Source of the DNA: Octopus bimaculoides
Taxonomy: Eukaryota
Direction of reading: 5' to 3'
Length of the DNA stretch: 61,783 nucleotides
Assembly (NCBI RefSeq): GCF_001194135.2
Contig: NC_068982.1
Coordinates: forward strand, 92,993,313 to 93,055,095
Part shown: positions 38,565-49,606 of the stretch, in pieces
Position numbering within the stretch: the first letter of the stretch is position 1
Layout: each line of letters opens with the position of its first letter
Program-made: the position numbers and the translations under genes
The notes under the pieces: model-generated
Databases searched by the model: none
Seen by the model: only the letters and a program-made list of their open reading frames with translations
What the model was told of the DNA's origin: nothing

Positions 38565-38646
38565 ACCTCTCTCCCTTCCACACACACATACCAATACATA
38601 AAACTCCTTTCCAAAATTTATTCCCCCTACAAATCGAGTCAATATT

Positions 38647-38879
38647 TATTTCTTTATTGCCCACAGGGGGCTAAACATACAAGGGACAAATAAGGGCAGA
38701 CAAAGGGATTAAGTCGATTACATCGACGCCAGTGCGTAACTGGTACTTATTTAATCGACCCCGAAAGGATGAAAGGCAGAGTCGACCTCGGTGAAATTTA
38801 AACTCAAAACATAACGGCAGAAGAAATACCACTAAGCCTTTCGCCTAGCGTGTTAACGATTCTGCCAGCTCGCCGCCCT
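38647..38879 (-). mobile_element. SINE family B copy with 16-bp TSD and Tx1/HAL1-type tail
   Basis: TSD AAATCGAGTCAATATT (38631-38646, 38880-38895); tail TGTCTGCCCTTATTTGTCCCTTGTATG...CCTGTGGGCAATAAAGAAA. Confidence 0.9.
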
Positions 38880-38949
38880 AAATCGAGTCAATATTGAATA
38901 TTACATATGACTCTATAGTTACATATGACTTTTATACTGGCACATTTAG

Positions 38950-39150
38950 TATTTTTTACTTTTTCTTCTTCAGCCAATTCCTTTCATAGGATTGTACAAT
39001 ACCTTCATGTCTGTTTGACATACCATTTTTTTCTGCTTGAAACCAAGCGTTCTTGTCTGTTCTGCAGCTTTTCTTCATTTCACATAACGACAGTATTATT
39101 TCACATGTCGTTCCTATATTAGTGTATTTATAGATTTTGGACATATATAA
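38950..39150 (-). mobile_element. Possible RTE-clade LINE fragment
   Basis: EMKKSCRTDKNAW resembles the KK.CR.DK..W linker upstream of RTE RT domains. Confidence 0.35.
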
Positions 39151-40368
39151 TTTTAGTTTATTTATTTAAGTGTAGAATGAAATGTTTGCCCACTTTCTTG
39201 AAAGATTTATTCTGCTCACGTGTCTCTTCGTGTGTTTTCGTTGTCGGATAATATTTCTTTCTTCGTCTGACCTCATCTTTCTTGTATCACCTTTCACAAA
39301 AGGATTGTAATAGTCTATGACATGTTGTACTTCATATTCACAGCTCTGTTTACGTTCAGTTAATGTTGCTGCTAGCTTTATAATTGTCATGGTTTTTGTT
39401 GTCACAACCAATACTAAAGCAGCTGACGTTACCGACAAGTTGCAAGAAAACAGTGACTGATGCAGAAGTTATTCGTGAACTTCTTCACTTTGCTATTTAC
39501 TGAAAGTGGAATCATGTTTGGCGCCAATATGAAGGAGAAAAAAGCGAGGGAAGAGGGAGAGAGAAGGTGGCGGGAAAGAGACAGCTAAGTAAATAATGAA
39601 ATAGTAAAGTGGTATGAAATATTTATGAAGAAAATGTAGATGGACATAAAAATATAGCGTATACTCATATAAATGTGTGTATTTTGATATTCAAATGTGC
39701 ACAAAGTTGTGTATCTGGAACTACAGTTTAGTCGATAGCTTTACACTTCTCACTTCCAGCTACAAATTTCAAGTAAACCATTCGAGTGAAACATCACATG
39801 TTGAACTATGAAATAATTCTATTTAACTTGAAATTCTCTCATAGATGAAATTTGGAACTCTTGTGATTCATAATAAAAATGAATGATGTTTGTTTGGTGG
39901 GGTGTTGTTTGGAGTCAGATACAGTGTACAGTATGGTGGAGCGAAAAATGCAACTTTCGAAATAGGTAACCAAGAATCGATATTTTGTTGCGAATTAGTG
40001 TTAAAAGAAAGGTGTAATGAAAGAACTTTGCGGTGAAATATCTTTTTAGTCTCTGCAACGCAGTTGGAAGTTTTAAAAATCGCAATTTATGGTCGAATTT
40101 TGGATTTCATGGATAATGAGTCGTAACGAAGACATATTTCTTCATAGTAGAATGCAAAACAGTAAATATAGTATCCTTAAGAGGTTTCAATAGAATTGAC
40201 TAATATCTTGAGGTTCCGCATTGACTATAAAGGGAACGGGAGTGTGAGCTTCTCTCCAATGCCGCTGCAACAGTCGTTGCGTGTGTGAAGTTTTCTGCTT
40301 TGTACCTTGACTTTAGGCCATTGTATTAAAATTAATGATCATGTTAATTTTAGTGTTGTTTACATTTA

Positions 40369-42347
40369 GTGATGCCTCATAAGCCAATAATACGTCATGA
40401 AATTGAATGCCCAATATTTGGTACTCCACGTGATCTTAGCGAGCGAGTTTTGCCAACTTACAAGGACGTACTAAAATGTGTTTTATTTGAAAAAGAAAAA
40501 GAAAAGAATGTTGTTAAGAAAGATCCTTCAATTAAACAAATTGTCAAGATTGTAGCAGAAAAGATAATTCTTCTTTGGCAAGAGGCATTCATCCCTTGTA
40601 TTACGACTGAGTAAGTTAAACTGAAGATCTTAAACTTTTATCTAAGGTACCAAGCATTACTAGATTCTGTGAAAAATAGAAAAAAAAATGTGCCATCGTT
40701 TCAAATAAAGTGTAATATATTTAAAAACTATGCAACAAAAGATTTTTTCGACATTTCCTGTTGCAAGTGCAACTCCTTTAAAAACTGCAGTTGTAGTAGA
40801 GACAAAAGAGTACCACAGACAAATCGAATAATGATCATTGGCAGAAACGGACAAATCGAAAAATGATCATTGGCAGAATAGATCAAGCAGTATCTAAACA
40901 GAACGTTCTGAGGTTGATTAGAAAAAAATCGGTCAGATCACAGTCGCCCTTCTACGTCAGCAAAGGATTCTGAATTGATAGCGTTTTAGATCAGCAGTCG
41001 AAGACTGAGAGTGGTAGTGGAGGGTAGGCCTTCTATATGTTATTTGTGTGGTGAAAAAGGCCACATGAAGGCGAGGTACCCCAAGAGAGAAGAGAAAGAG
41101 CAACAAATAGAACAGGCTGAAGAACAGGAGAAAGTTAAAGATGTGGTCCAGGAAGATGAGAAGTAGACAACAGAAATTTGAAGTGGTGAAAAACGAAAAA
41201 GGCAAGAAAGAATGGGCTCTCCGCCGGAGAAATAGAAAAAGAATAAAGAAGCAGAAAAAGAGGTGGAGAAGGAAGTCGTAAAAGTGGTTGAAAAGAAAAT
41301 TGTAAAGGAAGTTGAAAAGGAGGTCGAGAAAGAGGTAGAAAAGGATTTTGAGAAGAAGGTTGTGGAGGAGGAGGAGGAGGAGGAGGAAGAGATAAAAGCA
41401 AGAATACTAGTTTAATCCGTTATGAGGTCAAGCTGCCCAAGGAGATGTACGGTGAAAACGTAAAAGCTATTCTAATCGATAAAGAAAAATATAGAAAGTT
41501 GAAGGAAAAGTGTCAAATTGAGCAGCCAGGATTCGTGGTGGAGCTCGACGAACTGCCGCCAGTAGTAGAACTAAGTGAACTAGATCCTTACATAAGATAT
41601 TTAAAAAAATGGAGAGTAAAATGGTTTAAATAAAAGAAGAAAAAACGAGTAAACAAACTGATGCTAATAGTGAAAAAAATAAGGAAAAAGAAAAAGATTA
41701 CAAACTGACAGTAAGAACGTTCAAATGGTACTGCATGTGAATGGGGTGCGTGCAGCCATTTCATCACCATGGATTTCATTGTACATTTTCCCATTTTTCA
41801 TTCGTTTTGTTTTTTGTCCCCACTGTGGTGTTCTGTCTGCCCTTGTACTGTCCCCTCTGTGTCATGGCCTAGGTGCCAAATAAAAAGAATTACAGTCGGG
41901 GATGTACGCCGTTCGGACCAGTCACGTAAGACGACGAAATATATGGTCATAATGCTGAACATATAACAAAACCTGAATTTCGCTATCTTCGGCACTTTAC
42001 TGTTAAAATGGGTTCTGCAAATGCCATTTCCGATGGTTTATTGAATTATTTGGAAACCAATGATATAGTAGCCAATCACATGATAACTGTAGGTTGCGAT
42101 GGTACTGCTGTCAATACATTGGTTTGTACCTCAGCTCCACGTAAATGAGCTTCCTTTATGCCATCTTATTAACGATCTCGACGGAAAAACTACCGGGCCT
42201 CGTGGATTTCTTGGGCCGATTGGTAAGAGAATGGAACGATGTGAAACACTAAATGTTATGAAATTTAATCAAAGTCCAACGGTCTTACCATCAGTAGACA
42301 GAAACAATCTCAGCATTGATAAAAAATACCTTCATGATATCCATTAG
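40369..42347 (+). mobile_element. Decayed DDE transposase, hAT-superfamily-like (hATm-type), split by a retroelement insertion
   Basis: CPIFGTPRDLSERVLPTYKDVL, FFDISCCKC...CSCSRDKRVP, VGCDGTAVNT and HVNELPLCHL..DLDGKTTGP...GPIGK. TIRs not confidently located. Confidence 0.65.
40947..41891 (+). mobile_element. 5'-truncated ORF1-only (HAL1-like) retroelement, second subfamily
   Basis: 7-bp TSD ACAGTCG (40940-40946, 41892-41898); VVVEGRPSI-CYLCGEKGHMKARY knuckle, E/K-rich region, KAILID...LPPV C-terminus, AATAAA at 41879. Confidence 0.85.
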
Positions 42348-43268
42348 TCTACAACAGCATTTGACGCAACTGGAAAAATTACCGTGCCACACCTAAGCTA
42401 TGGAGAGATGTGTAAAATTCGTGATAGAAGCATCCTCTAATGTTTGTGGTGAGAACAGTCGAGATGATTTCATTGGGAGTCGAATCGAATCAAGAGAAAA
42501 AATTCCGGTGCTCGAGATATAGAAAAAAGGGCTTCAAATTGAAAGGTAATACAGCAATAATCAATTACAGTTGTTTAGTTTTAGCTATTTTGAACGTAAC
42601 AAACAATTAGCATTATGTCGTTTTAGAAATTTCCAAAACAACAAATCTTTGAGTGTTCCATTCTTTATTCGAGAGTGAGATGGTAATTCTCGTCTACGAA
42701 AAAAATTGATTGGTTTTATTACTGGAACGAAAAAGAATGCCCTAGACCGATTCGCATTATTTAGTTACATGGAATTATTTCGAATAAATTGGAAATGTTA
42801 ATTACTTTTATCACCAAAATGTGTCAAGAATCAAAAATTGGTTTTCACCTAATTTTATTTTAATGTGTGTGTAATCTAGACCTCATGTGGCACATATATT
42901 CGGTGACCTAGTATTAAAAATAATAAAGAAAGCAAAGTCGAAAGGTCTATTTATTTCACATCATTTCGAGATTTGAAGTGCGTTGCAGAGCCTAAAGACA
43001 TAAATTTTAGAGCTTGAGANNNNNNNNNNNNNNNNNNNNNNNNNNNNNNNNNNNNNNNNNNNNNNNNNNNNNNNNNNNNNNNNNNNNNNNNNNNNNNNNN
43101 NNNNNNNNNNNNNNNNNNNNNNNNNNNNNNNNNNNNNNNNNNNNNNNNNNNNNNNNNNNNNNNNNNNNNNNNNNNNNNNNNNNNNNNNNNNNNNNNNNNN
43201 NNNNNNNNNNNNNNNNNNNNNNNNNNNNNNNNNNNNNNNNNNNNNNNNNNNNNNNNNNNNNNNNNNNC

Positions 43269-43330
<62 letters not shown>

Positions 43331-44034
43331 CTATTCTCTTCTGCCATGTCGGAGAACAGCTATCAGCATACTGAGCCCATATATTCTTCATACTGAGACT
43401 ATTGTACTTAGTGACTTCTTTACTAGTTGATTCAAGCTATAATGCATTTAATGTATGCACTGATTCATAGCGTTGGGAAATTGTTAAAGGCTGCTTTATT
43501 TCTCTATAAATCAGTTTCTGTATAGCAACAACAGTCTTGATCTGGTCCATAGTAATGAAAAGTCACGTACAAGGATATCAGTTCAAACCATCGGTCTGTT
43601 GTAGCTTGCTGTGTCATTTGTGTCTTCCACTAACTGCAACAGGTTATGTTCTTAGCTGAGTGTCCAAAGCCAACGTACTGCAAGCACATGCACAATGTGA
43701 TTCTCTTCTCTGTGTTGATAGGTTAACAGAATTTTGTTCAACGTATTTCACAGAGATCTCGATTACTATTAACTACCAGCACACAACCCCCCCCCCAAAA
43801 AAAAAAAANNNNNNNNNNTCACATTCGTAACTTGAGTGGAAGTATGCTTTATAACAATATACACTTTGTTTCTCTATTGTACTGAATATAATATAAAGAA
43901 CCATTTAGAAAACAATGTATACTCTTTGAATATCCAACGTATCCTAATTTCATTATTCCTCTAAAAGACGAATATTTATTACCAACATTGATAAAAACTA
44001 AACTAACGATGGCACCTCTAAGTAGTTGCTTGAT

Positions 44035-44205
44035 CTGTTAGAAATGGCGACCAAATTTTCTTCAAATTACAACTTGCTATCTTGAAAAGGAGAGAACGCA
44101 TCGGATAACGTAGTCCTAGATACGTAATGACCGTGAGAAGGGTTGGATTGACCTGGCTGGAACGCCGTTAATCACATGTCGACTTGATCGGAGATGACCT
44201 TAAGC
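44035..44205 (+). repeat. Dispersed repeat family C copy
   Basis: Similar by eye to 3290-3460 and 59120-59290. Confidence 0.55.
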
Positions 44206-45050
44206 AAAACAACGGTGACGACGACAATAACAAAACCAACAATATCAACAGTAACCGAGGAAGATGTTTGATATGTAAAGCTCTTCAACGACCCCTCTGA
44301 GAAAGGATTATGTCTGAATACCAACCGGAGTTGCAGACCATTTCATACAGTCTTGCCTATTTTACAAATACACAAGAAGTATATATAGTGACAGAAGATT
44401 CCAATATATTATTTTTGTGGATCTCGTCAGGAAAATTCACCAAATATTGCAGGAACTTATCGTTTCACTCTCTTAGAGCATCTTAAATGCCTCACTTTAT
44501 GAACTCTTTCCCTGATTTTTTTTTACTGATTTTTCATAACATGAGCTATACAGCGCACTCACAGAAATCGATATCTAACATGTTCAGTATTCACCTTGCA
44601 ACATTTATCTAATTTAATATACCGTTTCTCCACATTTACGGTAACAGAATCTTTTGTCATTTCTTATCTCCAGGTAAGCAGCGAAACCAAAGATTGTAAT
44701 TCTGGACCTTTTATATACTGATGATAATATATTTTGTAGAACACACGGCAATTATTATTGCAAGAGTTATTCTCCTCTGCATATAAGGTGTTTGGAATGA
44801 AGATAACACATCTACATGCTTGGAATGAAGATAGGTTTATACGAAATCGCTTTTCTCTGTCAAATACTTTGTTACCATTCTCGATATCTTTCTCCGGTGA
44901 ACAGATAACTTCATACAATTTAATCCTTCCGCATGGCTGTAAAAGAACGTCTGTTATAGTTTTGTCACTAGATAAAAACTAAGTTTTTGATTAGTAATAA
45001 AAATTTAGACCTGATTTAATATTATATTTTATTTTTGAAACAAATCCTTT

Positions 45051-45056
45051 TTTATT
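45051..45056 (-). promoter_or_regulatory. Candidate polyadenylation signal of the chitinase gene
   Basis: AATAAA on the minus strand about 50 nt after the stop codon; a second one at 45028-45033. Confidence 0.4.
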
Positions 45057-45104
45057 TTAAATAACTTGAAGAGTAATATTACAACTGTAATATTCCTTGA
45101 GATC

Positions 45105-45236
45105 TTAGTTTCTGAAGGCATTTTTGATAGCGCTTATCAGAGGATATTTTCCACTTCCACACGATCCAGAAAAATCATCTAAGGCCAATGTCCACACTCC
45201 TACGCCGCCATAACCACCGATTTGAACATAATTAGC
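45105..45236 (-). CDS. GH18 chitinase (CHIT1/CHIA-like), terminal coding exon
   Basis: Acceptor tttcaag|GCT; ANYVQIGGYGGVGVWTLALDDFSGSCGSGKYPLISAIKNAFRN* (132 nt) carries the GG..VW.L.LDDF..C..G.YPLI motif. Not in the ORF track. Confidence 0.93.
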   Translation of the reverse strand, partial: ANYVQIGGYGGVGVWTLALDDFSGSCGSGKYPLISAIKNAFRN

Positions 45237-45868
45237 CTTGAAAAACATAAATACATGTTTTAATATTTTCAAATTAAATTCTATATGTAATAGGTTTCAC
45301 AATTAACACTAAAGTATCGTCGAAGCATGAACCTTCGAATTCATTTATTACTTTTTAGGTAATGTAATCATCTTCTAGGCGCATCTTACGGGTGCAATGA
45401 TGAGAAAAGACATCGCAAATGTGAGGCATTAACTATCTCAAATAAACAGACGAAAGATAATTCTACATGCATTAGCATGTAGAATTAGTGAAAAGGTGCA
45501 AAAAAACCCGGATGGAATTGTGGACAGTAGAGGTTGAGTGTAGAGGCTTCGCTGCATTCGCTGGACTGGAACTTTAGGTGTGGTTGGACGTGGGGAAGAA
45601 GAATGAGTGATATAGATTAGTTCATAGCAGAAGTTGGTATGCAGCACTGGAAGAAGTACTGAGTAGGGCATGTTACAACAGTATTGGTTACCCAGAAGCT
45701 TACTTACATAAATGGTTGAACCGTCGATGAGATCTGGTCTACTGCTGTGGGTCTTTCAATATTAGCAGTGAGGTACTATGCTATTGACATTTTGCTTTAT
45801 TGTCATTACAACTTTAATTTCCTCGACAACAAATAATTAAAAGTATAGACTATTGAAATATACAATAC

Positions 45869-45988
45869 CTTGTTTATAACACTTTTTATATCATCATAGC
45901 CAACCCATTGGTTTCCGATAACGACGTACGGGACTTGTGCATCGTTCATTCTGTATACATGGCCGCCTTTCTGTATCAGTTTGCACAC
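45869..45988 (-). CDS. GH18 chitinase internal exon
   Basis: gatttag|GTG...AAG|gtattg; VCKLIQKGGHVYRMNDAQVPYVVIGNQWVGYDDIKSVINK (120 nt, phase 0/0). Confidence 0.95.
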
Positions 45989-46029
45989 CTAAATCAATAA
46001 CAGATCTTAAATATTTACAAAAGTTATAT

Positions 46030-47151
46030 CTGATGTTCTGTTTATTCTATAGCGTTCCAAAATTTAAAAAAGGTTATTAAATCAGAATGGTCTTCTTTCA
46101 AATAATTCACTCCATTGTTGATACACCACTCCCAACTACTGTTTTTGTTTTTGGAACACGTCTCCAGAAGTAGTGCACAGTTCGTTCTCGAAGCGAATTT
46201 TCTTGGATTACTTCAATAGTCTGAAATCGACAACCTTTCAAGGTAGCTCTCAATTCTAGGAACAAAAAATGTATTTGCAGGAGCAAATCCGAAGAACAAG
46301 TCGGTTGAGGGACGAGAGTCGTTTCTTGCATGGCCAAAAGGTAATGCTGCGCTATAGTGATGCCACTGCCTTTCTCAAACGCCCCAGAACATCCATATAA
46401 ATGTTTACTGATCGACTGGCAACATGGAACAACTTTAGGATAAACGATTCCAAAAAATAATCAGCTTCACCGTTATATTTGAACGTCTCTGGCGAGCTCT
46501 GTTTTTAATTTGTTTTTGCTTGTTTAGTTACGGTGACACTGACACAACTCACTACGACGACTGCCTTTTTCCTTTCAACATCGCACCGTAGCCAAACACT
46601 CATATTTCCCCTCTTGTTATGACACTTTTCACTAAGTATCCACGAACAGACAGACGTTGAAAATAGTCTTGACTGACTGACTCAGTTCTCTTTTAGTTCA
46701 TCTGTCAGCAGGTGCGACACAAATTTTGCGAAAACGCAATATTTCTTCAATTTAAAAAAATACCTCTATCATTAATTTTTAAGGTTGCTTACTATAGAAA
46801 CTTCACAAGTTGTCAAGAGACTGTTTTAACGGGTTACAGCTACTGTAATGTACTCGTTGACAGTTACGAAAAAGGTCGTCTAGATTTAGAATCGTCTTTG
46901 GTAGATATTCATCCCGATTTGAAATAATGGCATCACTTGTGACATTGCGTACGGTTCAATAGAATATTTCTATAAGACTATTGCAACGTTCGAAAAATCT
47001 CTGCAACATAATTTTTGCACAAATACATTGCTTTCCGTCGTTCAATTTGCACAAATCTCCCAGTGCACTAAACATATATCCGTTCTAGTACGTATAGATT
47101 GTTGACTAAGTGACGTGGTCTAAAAGTTCGGTTTCTTTTGGACAGACCTTG
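46030..47151 (-). mobile_element. Full-length decayed mariner transposon in chitinase intron
   Basis: TA|CAAGGTCTGTCCAAAAGAAACCGAAC terminus at 47151; FKSG*ISTKDDSKSRRP, AKFVSHLLTDE, VITRGEI*VFGY and LVPQPTCSSDLL...FLFLEL...LKGCRFQTIEVIQ motifs in order. The other TIR is degenerate. Confidence 0.85.
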
Positions 47152-47214
47152 TACATATGCAGACATATATGCAGTTTATATAAATACATAATATATGAGT
47201 ACATAGATACATTT

Positions 47215-47362
47215 ATATACCTGTATAAACTAAATTCCACTAGGAAAATGTTATTTAGACGGCGCTACAATAAAAGATGCTTACCCAGGTTCCTGCACAA
47301 TGGTACTGAATAAGGAACAGTATGACTATTAAGCAAAACTCTTTACCACACGGCTATGCCTG
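47215..47362 (-). mobile_element. Degenerate SINE family A head
   Basis: GCTACAATAAAAGATGCTTACCCAGGTTCC...GGTACTGAA...CTCTTTACCACACGGCTATGCCTGC. Confidence 0.6.
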
Positions 47363-49511
47363 CGGCGTGTATATATGTATTTGTGTGTGTATCTATTTAT
47401 CTCTGTACTAATGTTTGTTTTTATGTCGAGTTATAATAAAAAAAACACCTTTCTAGATTAAACTGATGGATTACTCAATACATTTTGTTAAGCACATATT
47501 TATCAAAGTTTTACAAAAAGAGTGGCTAAAGCTAGCAGGCTGAAACTTCGAAGTCACTGTCATCACTCTTGTAAAAATATAATACATATTTTTCTATGTA
47601 TCATTTCTATGATATTACACTAGAGTGAAATGCAATTCTGCAAAATTAATACTGTTACGTACAACAGAATAATATCTATTCAAGTTTGAGTGGTACAGGC
47701 TACAACTTGGATCAGTCGTGATCTTTGAATAATTGATCATATGGTGACTGAAACATTCTTACGGACATACTGATTGCATCCATTCGAGTCATGCTGAACA
47801 CAGCGTATCAGGAGTTATCGGTTCTATATTTGGGTATATAACAATGTTTAAACAAGTGTTACAGTTCGAAGAGTAATTCAATTAAAGGACCCCGTGTTGA
47901 ACTTACGAATATAGAAATGTCCTCAAAACAACTAATTGTAAGATGGAGAGATATCTTTTTTAAAAATGCAATAATATTGTTTTATGTGTGCACTATCCAA
48001 TGTACAGAGCTGATGTTGTTGCATATGCGTGTGTGATCCCACAAAAACTGATAGAGTGATGCCAGTATCCTGTCAGCTCCATCACGCAGCCTAAGAATAA
48101 CATATCTGATGAGACTATGACGGCAAAAACTACTATGTGATCTGAAATAGTCAATGGAGGCCTAAATATCTAGAAGCCATCTCAAATTCCTTTTTATTTC
48201 TCTCCATTCTCCCTCTACGGATATGTGATGAGGTGGATGTGTCATACATCACCGAAACTTTAAGTAACGTGAATGTGAGTTTAACTTTTATTAAATCCCT
48301 GTGAGTCAAATCAAACATGTTGAGTGTTACTTTCTTTTGATTGTTCACTCTTTCGTTGTGGTTGTGAGTACACACAGAGTCACACACACATGTATATGCA
48401 TTCAAGTTTATGTGTATGTGTATATATTTTCATGTACGTATGTATATATGGATGGATGGACACATGCATGCAGCATATGCAAATGTAAGTAGGCATGAAT
48501 ATGTGTATGTGTACGAGAATATATAACTGAATACTGAAATGATCTGAAGTCACACGTATGTATTTAAACATGCGTGCGTATGTGCATGCATATGTGTATG
48601 TGTGTATGCGTGTGTGTGTGTGTGTGTGTGTGTGTATCTGACTGCATGTATGCTAGCTACAGCGTACATATCAACAGACTGCAAAAACACACGTAATACA
48701 GCCTTTAAGATGATCTACAGTTGACCTTTACCTGATATAATACGGAACAGTTTTTAAATTTTTTCTGGTAAAGCCACAGCTAGCATACGAATTATATGCT
48801 ATTCATACCTTGAATAAACACACGCGCGCGCGCGTGCGCATATGCACACACGAAATCAAACTATTTTATTGCTAATTCTGTAAACATTTTCCCTTTCGAT
48901 AATCACTAGTTTTCATACATATCTATATTCAAAAGTTTGCTGGGGCCTCTTTTAACAGAGATCCACTTTAGAAATTTTCATATGAAATAAACTCATAGAG
49001 CATATCTGTAGAAGATTACCTTATGCACAGATGTTCTAAAGGATTTTGAAAAATAAATCTTTTACGAAATATTACATATGAATTTTTATAGAGTGATGTT
49101 AACAAAGATTTTTTTTCATATAAATTTATATTTATGCTCACGTATTCATATATAGTCGTGAGTGAAGTCAATGATTTCTGCCAGATTGTTTTCAGCAGCA
49201 CTCAAACAGATCCAGTCAATGTGTTTATAAAATAAGGTATATTCACAATGAAATCTGTTCGTTGACAATCGGGATCAAGTAACTCCAATTAGCCCATCGG
49301 AGGTCTCACCGCGTAGATTCCAATACTACCGGCGACGAAATATACAAACATATAATACATACATGATACATACATGCATATACATACATACATACATACA
49401 TGCATACATGCATACATACATACATACATACACACGCACGCACACAAATATATATATATATATATATNNNNNNNNNNNNNNNNNNNNNNNNNNNNNNNNN
49501 NNNNNNNNNNN

Positions 49512-49593
<82 letters not shown>

Positions 49594-49606
49594 TAGAATA
49601 ATAATA

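Noticed and set aside
44390-44440. Minus-strand CTGACGA followed by a GATCCA/TGGAATC stem
   Set aside because: No GAAA follows the stem, so it is not a hammerhead.
44664-44982. Overlapping ORFs downstream of the chitinase stop as extra exons
   Set aside because: No recognisable domain, and they lie beyond the stop codon and candidate poly(A) signals.
45438-45671. ORF as a chitinase linker or chitin-binding exon (PTTPK...GFFC...NAC)
   Set aside because: It lies upstream of the terminal catalytic exon, lacks the six-Cys CBM14 spacing and has no convincing splice sites.
48101-48140. Hammerhead ribozyme (CATAT-CTGATGAG...AAAAAC...ATGTG)
   Set aside because: Helix I is possible, but G12, helix II and the cleavage triplet are all missing; at best an unprovable relic.
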